Below are positions 10,571 to 24,165 of a stretch of 64,000 nucleotides of DNA, in pieces. The translations under genes were made by a program, and so were the position numbers. The stretch is from Vicugna vicugna (Eukaryota): positions 620,001-684,000 of the forward strand of contig MU057521.1 in assembly GCA_013265495.1 (NCBI GenBank). Direction: 5' to 3'. Under the pieces are notes generated by a model that was not told the origin of the DNA, did no database searches, and worked only from the letters and a program-made list of their open reading frames with translations. Within the stretch, counting starts at the first letter, position 1, and the number at the start of each line of letters is the position of its first letter.

Positions 10571-13040
10571 TGGCCAAGATGGCAGAAGAGGTGGGGTTCA
10601 CCTCCTCTCAAAAACACACCAAAATTCCAACTAACTGCAGAACCACCATAGATAAAAAAGACCGGAATCTACCAGAAATGATCTCTATAACTAAAGACAT
10701 AAAGAAGGAACCACAAGGAGACGGGTAAGAGGGGCAGACTCACTATATAATCAAATCCCACATCACCCAGTGGGTGACTCACAAACTGGAGAATAATTGT
10801 ATCACAAAGGTTCTCCCACAGTAGTGAGAGCTCTGAGCCCCACAATGAGGCTCCCAGCCTGGGGGTCTGGAACTGGGAAGAGAAGTCCCCAGAGTATTTG
10901 GCCTTAAAGGCCAGCAGGGCTTAAATGCAGGAGCTCAACAAAACTAGGGAAATTAGGGACTTCATTCTTAAAGGACACATACAAAATCTCACACTCACCA
11001 GGACCAAGGGCAAAAGCAATAATTTCATAGGAGCCTGGGCCAGACCTACCTGCTGGTCTTGGGGGGTCTACTAAGGAGGCAGGGGGCAGTTGTGTCTCAC
11101 CCTGGAGACACAGACATGGTGGCAGACATATCAGGGAGTATTCATCTGCATGAACTCTCTTGGAGGCTGACATCTTGCTTGGGTCATTAGCACCAAAACC
11201 TGGCCCCACCCAATAACCTGTAGGTTCCAGTGCTGGAACACCTGAGGCCAGACAACTAACTGGGTGGGGACACATCTCACCCAGGCTGCCTAAGACTTCC
11301 TGAGCCCACAGCCACCTCTAGACACATCCCTGCCCACCAGAGGGCCAAGACCCAGCTCACCTACCAGTGGGCAGACACCAGCCCTTCCCTCCAGGAAGCC
11401 TCCCCAAGCCTCCAGACCAGCCTCACCTACTAGGGGGCAAACACTTGAAGAAAGAAAACCGTGATCCTGCAGCCTGTGGAATGAGTCTGCAAACAAAGGC
11501 AAGACCCTAAACTGGGACCAGCTGGCCCCTGGCCCTTGGGTGACAAGAAGGGGGTGCACAGGACATCTCCTGTGGGGGGCTACTTCTCTAAGGTCAAGAA
11601 ACATAATTAACTTACCACATACATTAAAAATACAAATAGAAATTTAGACAAAATGAGGCAGCAGAGGGATATGTTCCAGACAAAGGAACAAGATAAACCA
11701 GTTCTAAACTAGTTCAGAAGAAGAACTGACATCGAGAGAGGCAATCTACCTGAGAAAGAGTGCAGAGTAATGATCATAGAGATAATCAAAGAACTTGGGA
11801 GGAGAATGGATGCACAAAGCAAGAAGTTACAAGTTTTTAACAAAGAGTTAGAAAATAAAAAGAACCAAACAGCTGAAGAATACAATAACTGAAATGAAAA
11901 ATATACCAGAAGGAATCAGTAGTAGAATAAATGATGAAGAAGAATCAATCAGTGAGCTAGAAGACAGTACTAGAAGTCAATGCCACTGAACAGGAAAAAA
12001 AAATAATGAAAAGAAATGAGGATAGTTTAAGAGAACTCTGGGACAACATCAAGCACCTAATATTTGCATTACAGAGGTCTCAGAAGGAGAAGAGAAGGTA
12101 AAAGGGCCTGAGAAAATATCTGTACAGATAATAGCTGAAAAATTCCTTAACCTGGGAAAGGAAACAGTCACCCAAATCCAGGAAATACAGAGAATCCCAT
12201 TCAGGATTAACCCTAAGACAAACATAGCATGACACACTAATTAAAATGACAAAAATTAAAGAGAGAATATTAAAAATATGGGAAAAGCAACAGATAACAT
12301 ATCAGGGAACTTCCGTAAGACTATCGGCTGGTTTTCAGCAGAAACTCTGGAGACCAGATGGGAGTGGCACAATACATTTAAAGTGATGAAAGGGAAAAAT
12401 CTACAACCAAGAATACTCTACCCAGCACCAGCAAACCAGCTTTACAACAAATGCTAAAGGAACTTCTCTAGGTGGAAAAGGCCACAACCAGAAACAAGAA
12501 AATTACAAAACGGAACAGCTCATCGGTAAAGGTAAACATACAGTAAAGGTGGGAAATCCACATATAAACAACTAGGAAAGTTAAAAGACAAAAGTAGTAA
12601 AATCTCTGTATCCACAATAAGCAGCTAAGGGATACACAAAACCATTAGATGTAAAATATGATATCAAAAAAAAAGTGATCATGAGGGGAGGAGAGTACAA
12701 ATGGAGTACTAAAAATGCAATTGAAATTGAGATCAGAAACTTAAAGCAATCATGTATATGTATACAGACTTATATACCAAAACCTCATAGTAACTGCAAA
12801 CCAAAAAATCTATAATCAATATACACACAAAAAAGAAAAAGGAGTCCAAACATAACACTAAAGATAGTCACCAAATCACAAGAGAAGAGAACAAAATAAG
12901 AAAAATAAAAAAAGACCTACAAAAAACCAAATACAAAACAATTAATAAAATGGCAATAAGAACATACAGATTGATAATTACCTTAAATGTAAAAGAACTA
13001 AATGTTCCAACCAAAAGATACAGACTGGCTGAATGGACAC
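10571..13040 (+). mobile_element. LINE-1 5' portion in the opposite orientation: 5' UTR (~10571-11652), decayed ORF1 (~11653-12470), inter-ORF spacer and the first ~28 codons of ORF2
   Basis: Starts 'ggccaagatggcagaag', the L1 5' YY1-type motif, followed by a GC-richer 5' UTR. ORF1-like sequence is present ('gagaactctgggacaacatcaagc', 'tcagcagaaactctg', 'caaccaagaatactctacccagca'). ORF2 start MAIRTYRLIITLNVKELNVPTKRYRLAEW lies at 12950. Confidence 0.95.
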
Positions 13041-15259
13041 CTCTGCTTCACACAGAGGAAGGGATCAATAAATTCTATGGAATGAATCAGCACTGCCCTT
13101 ACCATGACTACGGCAGTGCCTCCACAAAGATTCTCTCAATGAAGAGTCAGATATCACTATAAACATCTTTTACTGAGCTTGACTATAAAACAAGAGATTC
13201 CCTTAGCTTCTACTCAGGATTGCAAGGCTGTTTGCCTCTATTAGCTGGTCCCAGATGCTGTAGGTTTTTAAATTCCTATTTCAAGTTTTTGGAGTTTCAG
13301 CTATTTCTAACCTGCAGGGAAACAAGATCACCGCACTTTTTTCAGATGCTTTGGCATAGTAATGGATTTCCAGTGTTAGGCCCATGAGTAAAAAGGGTCC
13401 AGTGAGTAAAAATATGAGCTTTAATGAAAGAATTTTGTAAATTTCCTCCTGGCAACTCAGAATCACACATCCAACTCTTTTTTAAATTTACTTTTTGGTT
13501 CTCAAAAATATGTATCAGAGAAAGGAGGCTGTTGATTATATAGCTGAGATGTTACATTTTCCAAACCTAAAAACTCTTGTAGTTATAGTGAGTTTACAGA
13601 TTCCTGGAAACAGAGTCCCTTAGCAAGTAAATGTTTTCTTGGAACTCATGGATTCTACAAACTTGCAAGCCACTGAAGTAGTAAGTCACATTTCAACGTT
13701 TCAACATTTCAATGTTTGGCCACACACTAGATATCGCAAATCTTCAACTCCGTACAAAATGGAATTGACTTTGGAGGATTTATGTGTTTAATATTTATAA
13801 AGTACTTAAAATTCCTTAAGTAAAAACTTTTTGGTAGAAATATTGGAGTTTTATTGTTACATTTATAAATTAAAAAAATACTACTTGAAACACTGCACAT
13901 TCAAGCCTCTTACAGTTTCCATATACACAATCTAATTTCATTCTGATGATTATCATTCATAAATATAAATGACTGTGAGAGCTGCATCAATTAACGTGTA
14001 ATACCAAATTCTGGAATTTCACTTGGTTATAAAACTGGCCTCCTGAATTTTCTTATCCTAAATATTATTCATTTCTTGTGTAAATGTCAAGGGCCAGAGA
14101 AAAATAAACTCACATTCTGCCATTTGGTATGAAGCAAGGAATCTGAACCAATATCATTAGTGTAGTCAGTGTCTGTGGTAAGCACTGCAAATACTGAGGA
14201 TGTTTTTTAAAGTTAGAAAGAAAGGGCTTCTGCTTCCCTTATGGCCTTCTTTTGACCATTTTAAGTTTCCTTAGACTTATTAAAGTACATCAGTTATGCC
14301 ATTAAGAACATTTTAATTAATATTTTAAATATGAATATGTCATCACTTCTGTAAGACGTGCATTAAAGAACTGGGCATGCCCATAGTTTCTATGTTTTTT
14401 ATAACAGATATTTGATAGTTTTTAAAGAATAGCAACTGATAGAAGTTACAAAAATAATAGGAGTTGAATTTCTTCATTTTTACTGTGAAATTAGTCTATA
14501 ATGAGTAGCCAGCATCTCTGATTTAGGCATGGCTTAATCATAACATTAAAGCTTTTGCTATAAAGCTTATTCTAGAAAAATCTGAATTTTATTTGGAAAT
14601 GTACAGTGTTGCTGCACAGACACACAACTTTTCATAATTCCTTTTTCTAATTTCAATTCCAATAGTGAGACAAAGCAAAGTGTAAAAAAAAAAAAACCTC
14701 TTCTTGTATGGCTGTATTTTACCTAAAGATTATCTATTAACTGTTGCTTTACACACTGCTAAATTACTGTGAAAAACTGTGGAATTACTGAGGAGATTTG
14801 TGGGAATACAGGATGAATATATTAGGACATAAATGGTAAAATCAATTCCTAATTCTTATTATACTAATGGCCATCTGTGGTGTGACTTCAGAGGTACATC
14901 CGGGATTGGAAAGTAATTTCAGGGAAGAAGAGAGAAATAAGAAAATGGGTCTATTGTGTGTCTTAGTATAAAGGGCTTCTCTAGCCTTTTTAGAAAAGGT
15001 GCACATTTTTAAAACACCTTCTGTTATGGAGAGCAAGAGAACATCCTAAAAGAGTTTGCAGTTCTGAAGAAAGTGAGAAGAGAAGCACGACAAGTTCTTT
15101 TAAAAATGTTTTACACGTTCTCCAAAATAGCAGACGGGGGAAATGAGCAAGAGCCCAGAAGCTTTGAATCCACAAGAGGTAAAACCAGAACAAAAGGAAG
15201 CCAAGCAGGATACTAAGGAAATCAGATTTCATACCCATGAGGAATTAAACTCACTCACT

Positions 15260-16173
15260 GTATAAGGTTCCTATGGCTGCTGTAACAAATTACTACTTAG
15301 TGGCTTAAAACAGTGCACATTTATTATACGTCTGTAGCTCAGAAGTCTAAAATGCATCTCACTTGCCCAAAATAAAGAGGTCAGCAGAGCTGCTTTTATT
15401 CCTTTCTGGAGGTTCCATGGCAGAATCTGTTTTCTTGTCTCTGCCAGCTTCCAGAGGCTGCCTGCATTCTTGGCTCGTGGCCCCTTCCATCTTCAAGGTC
15501 AGCAGTCAAGTCTTGTCCACATTGAACCTCTCTATGACTCTTGTGCCTCACTCTTTCATATCTGAAATATCTGTATTAGCTTGCTAGGGCTGCCATAACA
15601 AAGTACCACAGACTGTTAAACAAGAGAAATTTATTTTCTCACAGTTCTGGAGGCCAGAAGTCCAGAATCGAGGTGTTGGCAGTCTGTTCGTTTTGGGGGC
15701 TGTGAGGGAAAGATCTGTCCCTGCCCCTCTCCTCAGCCTGTAGGTGACAGTCTTCTCCCTGTGTCTTCTCATCATTTTCCTTCTGGACCTGTGTCCAAGT
15801 TTCCTCTTCTCATAAGGACACCACTCATATTCAATTAGGACCCACTTCAATAATCTTATTTTAACTTGATTTTGTCTGCAAAGGACCTATTTCCAACTAA
15901 GGTCATATTTTGAGATAACGGGGGTTGGGACTTCAGTATATGAATTTGGAGGGGACATCATTCACCCGTAAGAGGACCCTTGTGATTAATTTGGTCCTAC
16001 TTGGATAATCCGGGATAATCATCTTATTTTAAGGCCAGCTGATTACCAACCTTAGCTCCATCTGCTTCCTTAATCTGCCCTTTGCTATATAACATAACAT
16101 ACTCACAAGTTCTGGGGATAAGGACCAGGATGTCCTGGGGGGGTGGCAGGGGGTGGATTATTCTACCAATCAC
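15260..16173 (-). mobile_element. MaLR solo LTR (MLT1D-like), split by a nested LTR
   Basis: 'ttcctatggctgctgtaacaaattactac...' resumes at ~15974 with 'ggacccttgtgattaatttgg...ggataatc...ggccagctgattaccaaccttag...ggattattctaccaatcaca'. Confidence 0.85.
15572..15973 (-). mobile_element. MaLR solo LTR (MLT1A/B-like) nested in the MLT1D-like LTR
   Basis: 'tgtattagcttgctagggctgccataacaaagtaccacagact...ggacttcagtatatgaatttggaggggacatcattcacccgtaa'. Confidence 0.85.
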
Positions 16174-16989
16174 ACCCACTTTCTCTTTTTTGGTTAATGT
16201 CAAGGGTTTGTTAGGAAATCTGATGTATTTGCTATATGCTGATGCCTCAGACATTTCAAATAATTGATAAATGGTGACTAATAGAAAGAACTGCTATTTC
16301 AGTGAGGGGTGAAGCCACTGTTAAATATAAACAGGGCCAAAATACATTTTAGGGTTAATTAGGTACTTCTAGAAATTATAAAGATAGATGTAATACAATA
16401 ATATTTGTGAAACAATTGAAAATTTAAGCATTTGTGGACATAGCCAAAAGTCCTAGAAGACTACTTTATGTTTTAGGTTAATACTATTACATCTGAAAAA
16501 CAGACAACATTAAAAAAAATTTATTGTGCTAATATAACATATTGTCTCTCTTAATAAAAAATTAGTAACCAACTGCATTTAAAGTATAAGTACACTAATA
16601 AATTTTACTTCCAAAAACATTCTTGTGGGGAAGAAGGAAAACTTTTTTTTTCAAATGTCAACAAGGAGGCAAAATTTATAACCAAGATGTGGAGTTCACA
16701 TAAAGCCATCCTGGAAAAAGATAAAATAGGGACTTGTTCTTTTTCAGAAAAATAAAATAAGTTCAAAATTAGTTGGAAATTCTATAAATCATTTTTCCCA
16801 TTCTGTTAGTCCCAAAGAAAAGCTGTGCCTCACATTTAATAATTTATAAATCTAATTTATAATAAATAATAATTCTTAGTGAAAATAAATCATAAAATAT
16901 AAATAGTTATTAGGACCTGAATACGTTCTGTAGAAATTATAATTTGTGCATTGATTCAAACAAAAAAGCAAGAGGAAAAAGTGAAGCAG

Positions 16990-17180
16990 CACCACTTACT
17001 ACGGAGGTCTACCGTGTATGAGATTGATACATGTATTTCAAATACAATGCTATGAGGTAGGTAGGTAGAAGCTTTAAATGTGGAAACTGAGGCTCAGAGA
17101 AGCTGTATGATTGTAGATGCAGAACTAGAATTTGAACTCAGGTTTGCTGACTGCAAAGCTCATGTTCTACTCCATGCGGC
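16990..17180 (-). mobile_element. MIR SINE
   Basis: 'tatgaggtagg...gtggaaactgaggctcagagaag...ctagaatttgaactcaggtttgctgactgcaaagctcatgttct'. Confidence 0.75.
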
Positions 17181-19499
17181 TTCCCTGAATCAGAAGATAT
17201 ACTCTATAGACTTCTAACCTCTTTAGTTACAGGATATACTGCTAATGTGAGTATATAACTCTTTGCATAATATATATTCAAAGTAAGTATTCTGTTTAAA
17301 AATATCCAGCTTATACGTTAGTGGTTATATGCTAAGCCTAGGAGTTTCTGGTAATATATTTTAAAAGGGATATGTGTGCCATGTTTAAACTTTCATTTCC
17401 AAGAGCTGTCTTCTAATTGTAAATTTTTATAATTAAGGATTTCTGCTCTCATCAGGACAGTCAAAACTTTACAGAGTGCTTGTTCTGTTGTTTTGTTCTT
17501 TTGATTTCCTTAGTGAGTCCTTTATGCTAAGGAAATAAAACACAAAGTCTCTCATCTTGAGTACAGCATATCTTATCTAAGGGTGCTCTGAGATTGATAG
17601 GATGTTTGCTGCCTGGCATATCCTTCTCAGAAAAGCATTTGTGGTGTTATTGATTTAGTAATTTAGTTGTTTTAAAGTGGGTACATCTATGATTTAGGTT
17701 CAGTTAAGTCTAATACCTACTGAAGATAGGATAGTTTTCCTAACTGATGTTATATGAGCACGTTACTTTTCTTCACAATATTGACTCTTCCAATAGTGCA
17801 TCAACATCAAAAATATCTTCTCTGAAAAATATAAACATTCAATGACAGATCCGTTTTTAACTTGAAAACCATCATCAAAACATTCTTTTAAAATAACAGT
17901 GGTGTTTTCTCCAGTTAGAAGAGTATTAGACAAGACAGGTAGCTCCAGCAGTAATTATTGATGGGTAAGAAAATCTACTGAACAACAAAAGCACCCTTTT
18001 TAATACAACTCTTTATTGATAGGGTTATAATCTCCAATCAGATCTTCTGGATTAAGAATGAATTTTAAGAACAAGAAATATTCATCAGAAAGAGAGATCT
18101 TCCCTTGCATTTGTGTTTTCTACGTTTGGGGTAAAATGCGAATTAGTAACCTGCAATTAACCTGCTGTATTTGTGCACTTCTCATTAATCAAAGCGCCTT
18201 GCATTGCAACCGATGAGACAGAGCAGCAGGCCAGTATTTCTTCATTAGTGCTGGTTGGCTTGTTTTGGGTTTTTGTTTCCTACTGAAAAAAAATTAACTG
18301 TGATAATGAAAAGGATTCTGTCTTGTTATAAGTGTTGTATAGTGAATCACTACAACTTTCTCTCGGATTGCCATCTATACAATTGGGATGTGGCGTTTAT
18401 TGAACTGAGGAGGCTAGACTCAGGGAAATGAGGTCATACATATTTTGTAATCCATTTATATGCATGGGTATAAAATATACATTTCCTTGGATATAAGGAG
18501 GGAAAAAACTTCTTTTTAACAGAACTAAAGAGAAAAATGAAATTTTCATCCCCAAAATACCCATGCCCTATGTGTCATTACACAATAATGATTGACAGCT
18601 GCCCAGAGGGCTTAGTCTCGGGAAAGGCTAATAAATGGCCAAATGAAAACAGCTCATTAGGAGCTAGAAAGCAATGACTTTTTATATCCTACAGCTAAAT
18701 TTGTGACAAATAAGATTATTGGCCTTATATTTTCTAAATGGTCTCCCTTCTTTCATTACGGGATAGGAATACACACTGCTCCTAGTCAACACGTCTTATC
18801 GATGATTCCAGGAGAGGAATGCTACCTGTAAATAGCTTGGTTATTCACAAATGTACTGACTTCAAGAACAATATTTCAATCGCAGCCATTCCCTCCTCAT
18901 ACTTGAAGGTCATGTGTTTAAAAATCCCTCTGAGGGTAGAACTGCAAGTTGAGAAACTATCACTGTGGAGAAAATGAGGTTGGAGGTCAGAATCAGGAAA
19001 GAGTCTGTAGAAGTCCTTGTATTTTTCACTCACTAGATATTTGTGCATGTGTAAATATGTGTGTATAAACAGTGCACACTAAACAGAGTTCACGAAGATG
19101 TTTCACTCGTTTTGAAATTTGAAATAATGGACATTATACTATTAATTTTCATTTGTCTTTCCTAGCTCTCCAGAAATTTCTCAGGATCCCTTTTCCCCAT
19201 AAGCTCAAAGTCCTAGATTTTGTTTTCCTGCAGAGAATACCCATGCTAAAACATGTTCTGTGTCTGCTGACCCATTCAAATGTTTAACTCATTTCTAATT
19301 TGATAATGTCTTGTTACTAAAAGGTAAATATTTTATAATAAAATAGCATTATTTCAGTGTGCAAATATTCAGGAAAGACTTCACAAGAAGATAAAATTTC
19401 CCAAATGCTCCCTAAGGGATAATATCCGCCCCAAAAGAAACCTCTAATTTAGACCACAGGCACACCTCTGACTTTCATACACCTCACATTCTTAAAAAG

Positions 19500-19760
19500 G
19501 AATTTTGTATTTTTAAATGGTTGTAGGGGGAAAAATCAAAATAATAATATTCTCTGACATTAGAAATTATATGAAATTCAAATTTCAGTGTCCATAAATA
19601 AAGTTTTATTGGAACACAACTATACTTGTTCATTTATGGCTTGTCTACAGTCACTTTTGTGCTACAACTGCAGAGTTGAGTAGCTGTGACAGACTGACTG
19701 GCCTACAAAGCCTAAAGGACTTACTACTTGACCTTTACAGAAAAGTTCGAGGACCCCTGA
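19500..19760. mobile_element. MER58B-like hAT-Charlie DNA transposon
   Basis: 'aaattcaaatttcagtgtccataaataaagttttattggaacac...gcagagttgagtagctgtgacagac...cctttacagaaaagtt...acccctg'. Confidence 0.85.
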
Positions 19761-22700
19761 TTTAGACTGCAACATCCTCCAATACATCAAGTCATATATT
19801 CTTAGCTCCGTCCATCATAATTCCATGACCATATCACTGACATAATGTAATTCTAAGGCAGCATTTACTTTTCTTTTAGTCTTTTCTTCTTTCATCTTAC
19901 CCCAACTCAGTTTAACTCTGCTTTTGGTTTGGGGTTTTTTGTTTGGTTTTGGTTTTTTGTTTTGTTTTGTGTCATTTTAATTCTCTCCAATAGGAATGAC
20001 TTTTATTGTGCATAAAAACCTATATATTCCTGACCCCAGCAGATTATATTTTATATCTAATTACTATTGCATGAGATGTCTTCATTTAACTGCCAGAATT
20101 AGTCCCCTGTCAGATTCACCCATCATTTCTCAGGCTGCTGCCCTCAAAAGCTCCCTAGTAAGTTCTGGGGGACTTCTGTTCCAGCAAAGGGAGTGCCACT
20201 CTGCTGGCCATGTTCCTTTCATGGTAACTGCTCTTCAAGCTACTGACTACACTTCTCCTGGCTGCTCTTTCCAAAGCATGGGACAGACTCTGGCTCCCCA
20301 CTGCACATGTGAGATCAAGCCTTTAATAAAAGCTTAGAGATGATGGAAGAAAGTAAAACACAAAACATAACTGCTGCTACCAGAATGACTATTTTCAAGC
20401 GTACGGCCACAAATCTGCTGAAACCAGAACCACTCATTTCCAGCAAATCACAGCCCACCTCCTTGCCTTGGCATCTGGGACCAACTGAGCCCCCATCAGA
20501 TGTGGAGGAAACTGTCTCCCCCAATCCAAAGCCCACCTCACATCTTAATCCATGTCTGAGGAGATGAACATTCTCCCCAGACATCCATCTTCCTCAAGGG
20601 AAACTACAACCTCAAAGACCAGGGACTGATTTGGCACTATGGCCTGAACAACCAAAGCCCAAGTCTGTCAGTACAATTTTCCCAGCGTCTAAATTGTCTT
20701 CAATCCCCTGGCACAATCTTTTCACTAAGATGACACGACAAGAAAATCAGGTGGGCTCTTCTCTCTGAATCCTGACCTAACTCATGACCCTTAACTAGAT
20801 CAAATCATAATTTCAGGGCATAGAGTATTTAAATTTAGAGTCTGTGTGTATGGAGAAGGGTAAGTTTTTCACCACCTTTACTCTGTAGGAGCATAAGTAA
20901 TATATCCAATCTTCATAATTCAGCAAAACTCTTCACATCTTTGTGTGAAGCACCTTTATTAAATTGCCTTGCTGTCAACACTTCCTGAAAGTAAAGGGTA
21001 GGTATTTGCTTTATATCTGCATAACTAACAAAATCAAATGGGAGGGGGAATTCCTATAACTCTTTAAAAGGTAATTTTCCAATCTCAAAGACAAGAAAAC
21101 AAAACCATAAAACTTTAGGTCTAGTCCTCTGAACAGAAACTGTGACTATAAAATTATTACTATTTACAAAAAGGCATATAGAAGCACATCAATGTAGATT
21201 AGAATTTCAAAAAATTGAACTCCTTCTTGGAGAGAAATATTGTTATATTCTACTTGTGGTTGTTTTTCAAAACATTAATAAGAGATCAATTCATATTTTA
21301 CACAAAACTGTACACCCACCCTTTTTAAAACTCATGCAAAATTTTCTGTTTAGACTATTTCTAAATACTTTCAGAGTTTTTAGATTCTTATGGCTTCTAG
21401 TTCTCTGTTGAAGATTCATGTCCTTACAGTTTCAGATTTAGGTCACTCTGGACCTATCTACACAAAGCAAGCACAACTGAAAGATACATAGGTCTTATGC
21501 CTTTGGAAAGGGTGCCGCTTCCCTGGTCTATTCACTTAATAGTCTTAGTATTTATCAGTTTTGTCCACCCAATTTAGGTGACTTTAGCAATACTTAAAGA
21601 GCTTCTTTTAATGTGGACCCTTTATAAAAACAGAAAAAACATTACATTAGTTGAGAATGTCTGAACCCACAGTATGGGATAAATATTGTATAATTTACTA
21701 ACAAATATTTATAAATACACGTAAATCAAATAATATATAAATTGGTCATAAACCAACAAATACTTTCTCTAGCTCTGTAACCTCTTTTTAAAATGGGGAA
21801 GCAGTCTGGCCTCAAATCACACCCAGAGGAGGTATAAGAAGGAGTTACCTACTGACTTAAGTATCTACTGAAAATATGAGTCATTTGATCATATAAGGAA
21901 CCATAAAATGCACCTAAACATATTTTATTTTCTGACCTGAATACCATATATCATCCATCAAATGAATGCTTTTTAACGTAATGAAGTGCTGGAATGCAGT
22001 TATAGCTTACAAATACTTTAAAATGAAGCCTCAAAATAGCACACTGGTATGTGCCCTCCATCCCTAAAATAGAATAGGGCCACCAAGATTCCCCGTAGGG
22101 CAATCATGAAGTGTGAAATCAGCTTACCTCCAAGTCTGTTCCAGCAGATCCTGTTCACACATCAAAGGAATGCACAGATCTATACAAAGCAGTTTGTTCC
22201 TTATCCTGATTTTACTATCAAATGTATAAAAGACACAAGGCAACACTACACAACTCTCTAAAAGCAGCATTTTAATAAACCAATCAATTCCTTTCTAAAG
22301 AAAAAGAATCAGGGATATATAGCCATGATGAATTTTAACATGTACATTTGTATGTGTTTTAGTTTACTTTTGAATATAAGATATCATCATCCATTATTTT
22401 TCCAAACTACCAGTAGTATTTTTGGTATTATCTTTGAGATAGATTTCAAGCATTAAATATGAAACATAAATGGATAGTTTCTTAGGTGCCGATTCTCTAG
22501 AAAACTGAACTTTTCTAATCTGATCTTTCCTTTAAAAAAAGTTGCCTCTTAGTGGATTTGTGATTAGCTGTTCTAATTCATTATTGTTAAAATACATACT
22601 GTGTGTGTGACAGCGAGAGAAAGACAGAGACAAAGAGACAGAATGAGAAGATAAGAGAAACATAAACATGCTAAAAACCTTAAGACTTGAGCTGTACTGG

Positions 22701-22979
22701 TAAGAAAGGTTATTCTGCAGACAGTTTCTCTATGGGTAAAATACATGTCTCCTATATCTCTTTGGAGGTTTAACTTTAACTTATTTACAAGTTTCTTTGT
22801 ATAACAAGTGAGCCATTTCAGGATGTTGCAGCCCCTTAAAGATGGCCAATCAGAGAGATAATGGTTAGGAATAGGTGTGTGCAGGCATGAAGCTGGTTAT
22901 TTATGGAGAAGAAGTATCAGAATGGACAATGGCGTAAACCTAGGGATCCTGCTAGGGTACCACTAAAAGGACTCTTGGC

Positions 22980-23395
22980 TGTATTAGCTGGGCTGGGTAA
23001 AGACTAAGCTGATATAACAACAACAAAAATACAGAATAGAAGTTTATTTCTCTTTTATAACAATTAGAAAGTGAGGCAGAAATGCTCCATGAGGTCATTC
23101 AGAGACATGTATTCCTTCAAAGTTGAGTTCAACGCACATCCCTTTTCCCGGCTACAGGTCTCATAGGGAAAGTAGGAAAAGGAAATCTGCAATTTCCTTA
23201 TGCAATTGCCTTCTAGGCAATTACTTGTAGAAGTCACACTTGGTACATCCATTTACATTTCACTGCAGATAAAACTGAGTCTCAGGGCTGCCTCTAGCTG
23301 CAAAGGAGTCTGGGAAATGTAGTATTTGGCAGGGCAATCACGTACCAAGATAAACTCTACTGCAGTGCAACAAGGGGAAAACAGCACTGAGAGAA
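22980..23395 (-). mobile_element. Old MaLR LTR (MLT1J/K-like)
   Basis: 'tgtattagctgggc...ctaagctgatataacaac...gaagtttatttctc' and 'ctagctgcaaaggagtctgggaaatgtagt'. Confidence 0.65.
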
Positions 23396-23459
23396 AGCCG
23401 CAGGTGCTTATTTGAGCACTTTATTATGGATTCCCCAATATTGCCTTTTATTTGTTTCT

Positions 23460-23678
23460 TTTTTAATTGAAGTATATTAACTAACAATGTTACATTAGTT
23501 TCAGGTGTACAACATAGTGATTTGATATTTTTAAAAATTATACTCCACACTTAAATTATTATAAAATATTAACTATATTCCCTGTGCTGTACATTATATA
23601 TCCTTGTATCTGACTTATTTTATACCTAGTTGTTTGTACCTCTTAATTCCCTTCCCCTGTCTTGCCCCTCCTCCCACC
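23460..23678 (-). mobile_element. 5'-truncated L1 3' end with a degenerate TSD
   Basis: 'ttttaattgaagtatatt...caggtgtacaacatagtgatttg...ccctgtgctgtacattatatcc'. The flanks tgccttttatttgtttct (23442-23459) and tgtctttatctgttttt (23679-23695) resemble a TSD. Confidence 0.85.
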
Positions 23679-24165
23679 TGTCTTTATCTGTTTTTGTATG
23701 TGGGTCAAAATTCTTTATTTGAGGGAGGAAATTGTATACTGGATCTATGTTATTCTTCACCCCAGAGACCTGCATATATAAGATCACTTACTATCTTCTG
23801 GATTAGACTGACTCCAAATCCCAACAAATAGTGGGTTATTTAGTTAACACTTTGAAATAGAAGGTCTCCCTTTAAGAAGGGTCTGCCCAAGAAGGAGAAA
23901 TTTTTACCTTTTGCCAAATTGAACATGTCCAGGGAATCTAGTCATCTATTCTTTTGATGCCCCTGCCTTCCTTGCAGATTCCCAAGGGTCAAAAGAACTC
24001 TGTTCACTTCAGAGAAGACTAAAATGCTAAATAGCAGATTGCTCACTACAGGTTCATTCTACTAGGATCAGATGAAATAATTTTATGAGTATTCAAAATT
24101 AAAACAACACAGTAGAATTATGACATAGCTTCATTTTCAAAATTATGCTGACTTTAGTTAGCTGA

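Noticed and set aside
10904..11604. Minus-strand 123-aa and 104-aa ORFs in the L1 5' UTR as an ORF0 analogue
   Set aside because: The copy is decayed and GC-richer sequence has fewer stops. ORF0 is described for primate L1, and nothing here supports an equivalent.
12415..12445. Apparent internal deletion in ORF1 at cccagca/ccagca
   Set aside because: An ordinary microhomology deletion in a dead element, judged only against a recalled consensus.
14373..14382. gggcatgccc, a p53-family half-site
   Set aside because: Only one half-site, with no adjacent partner.
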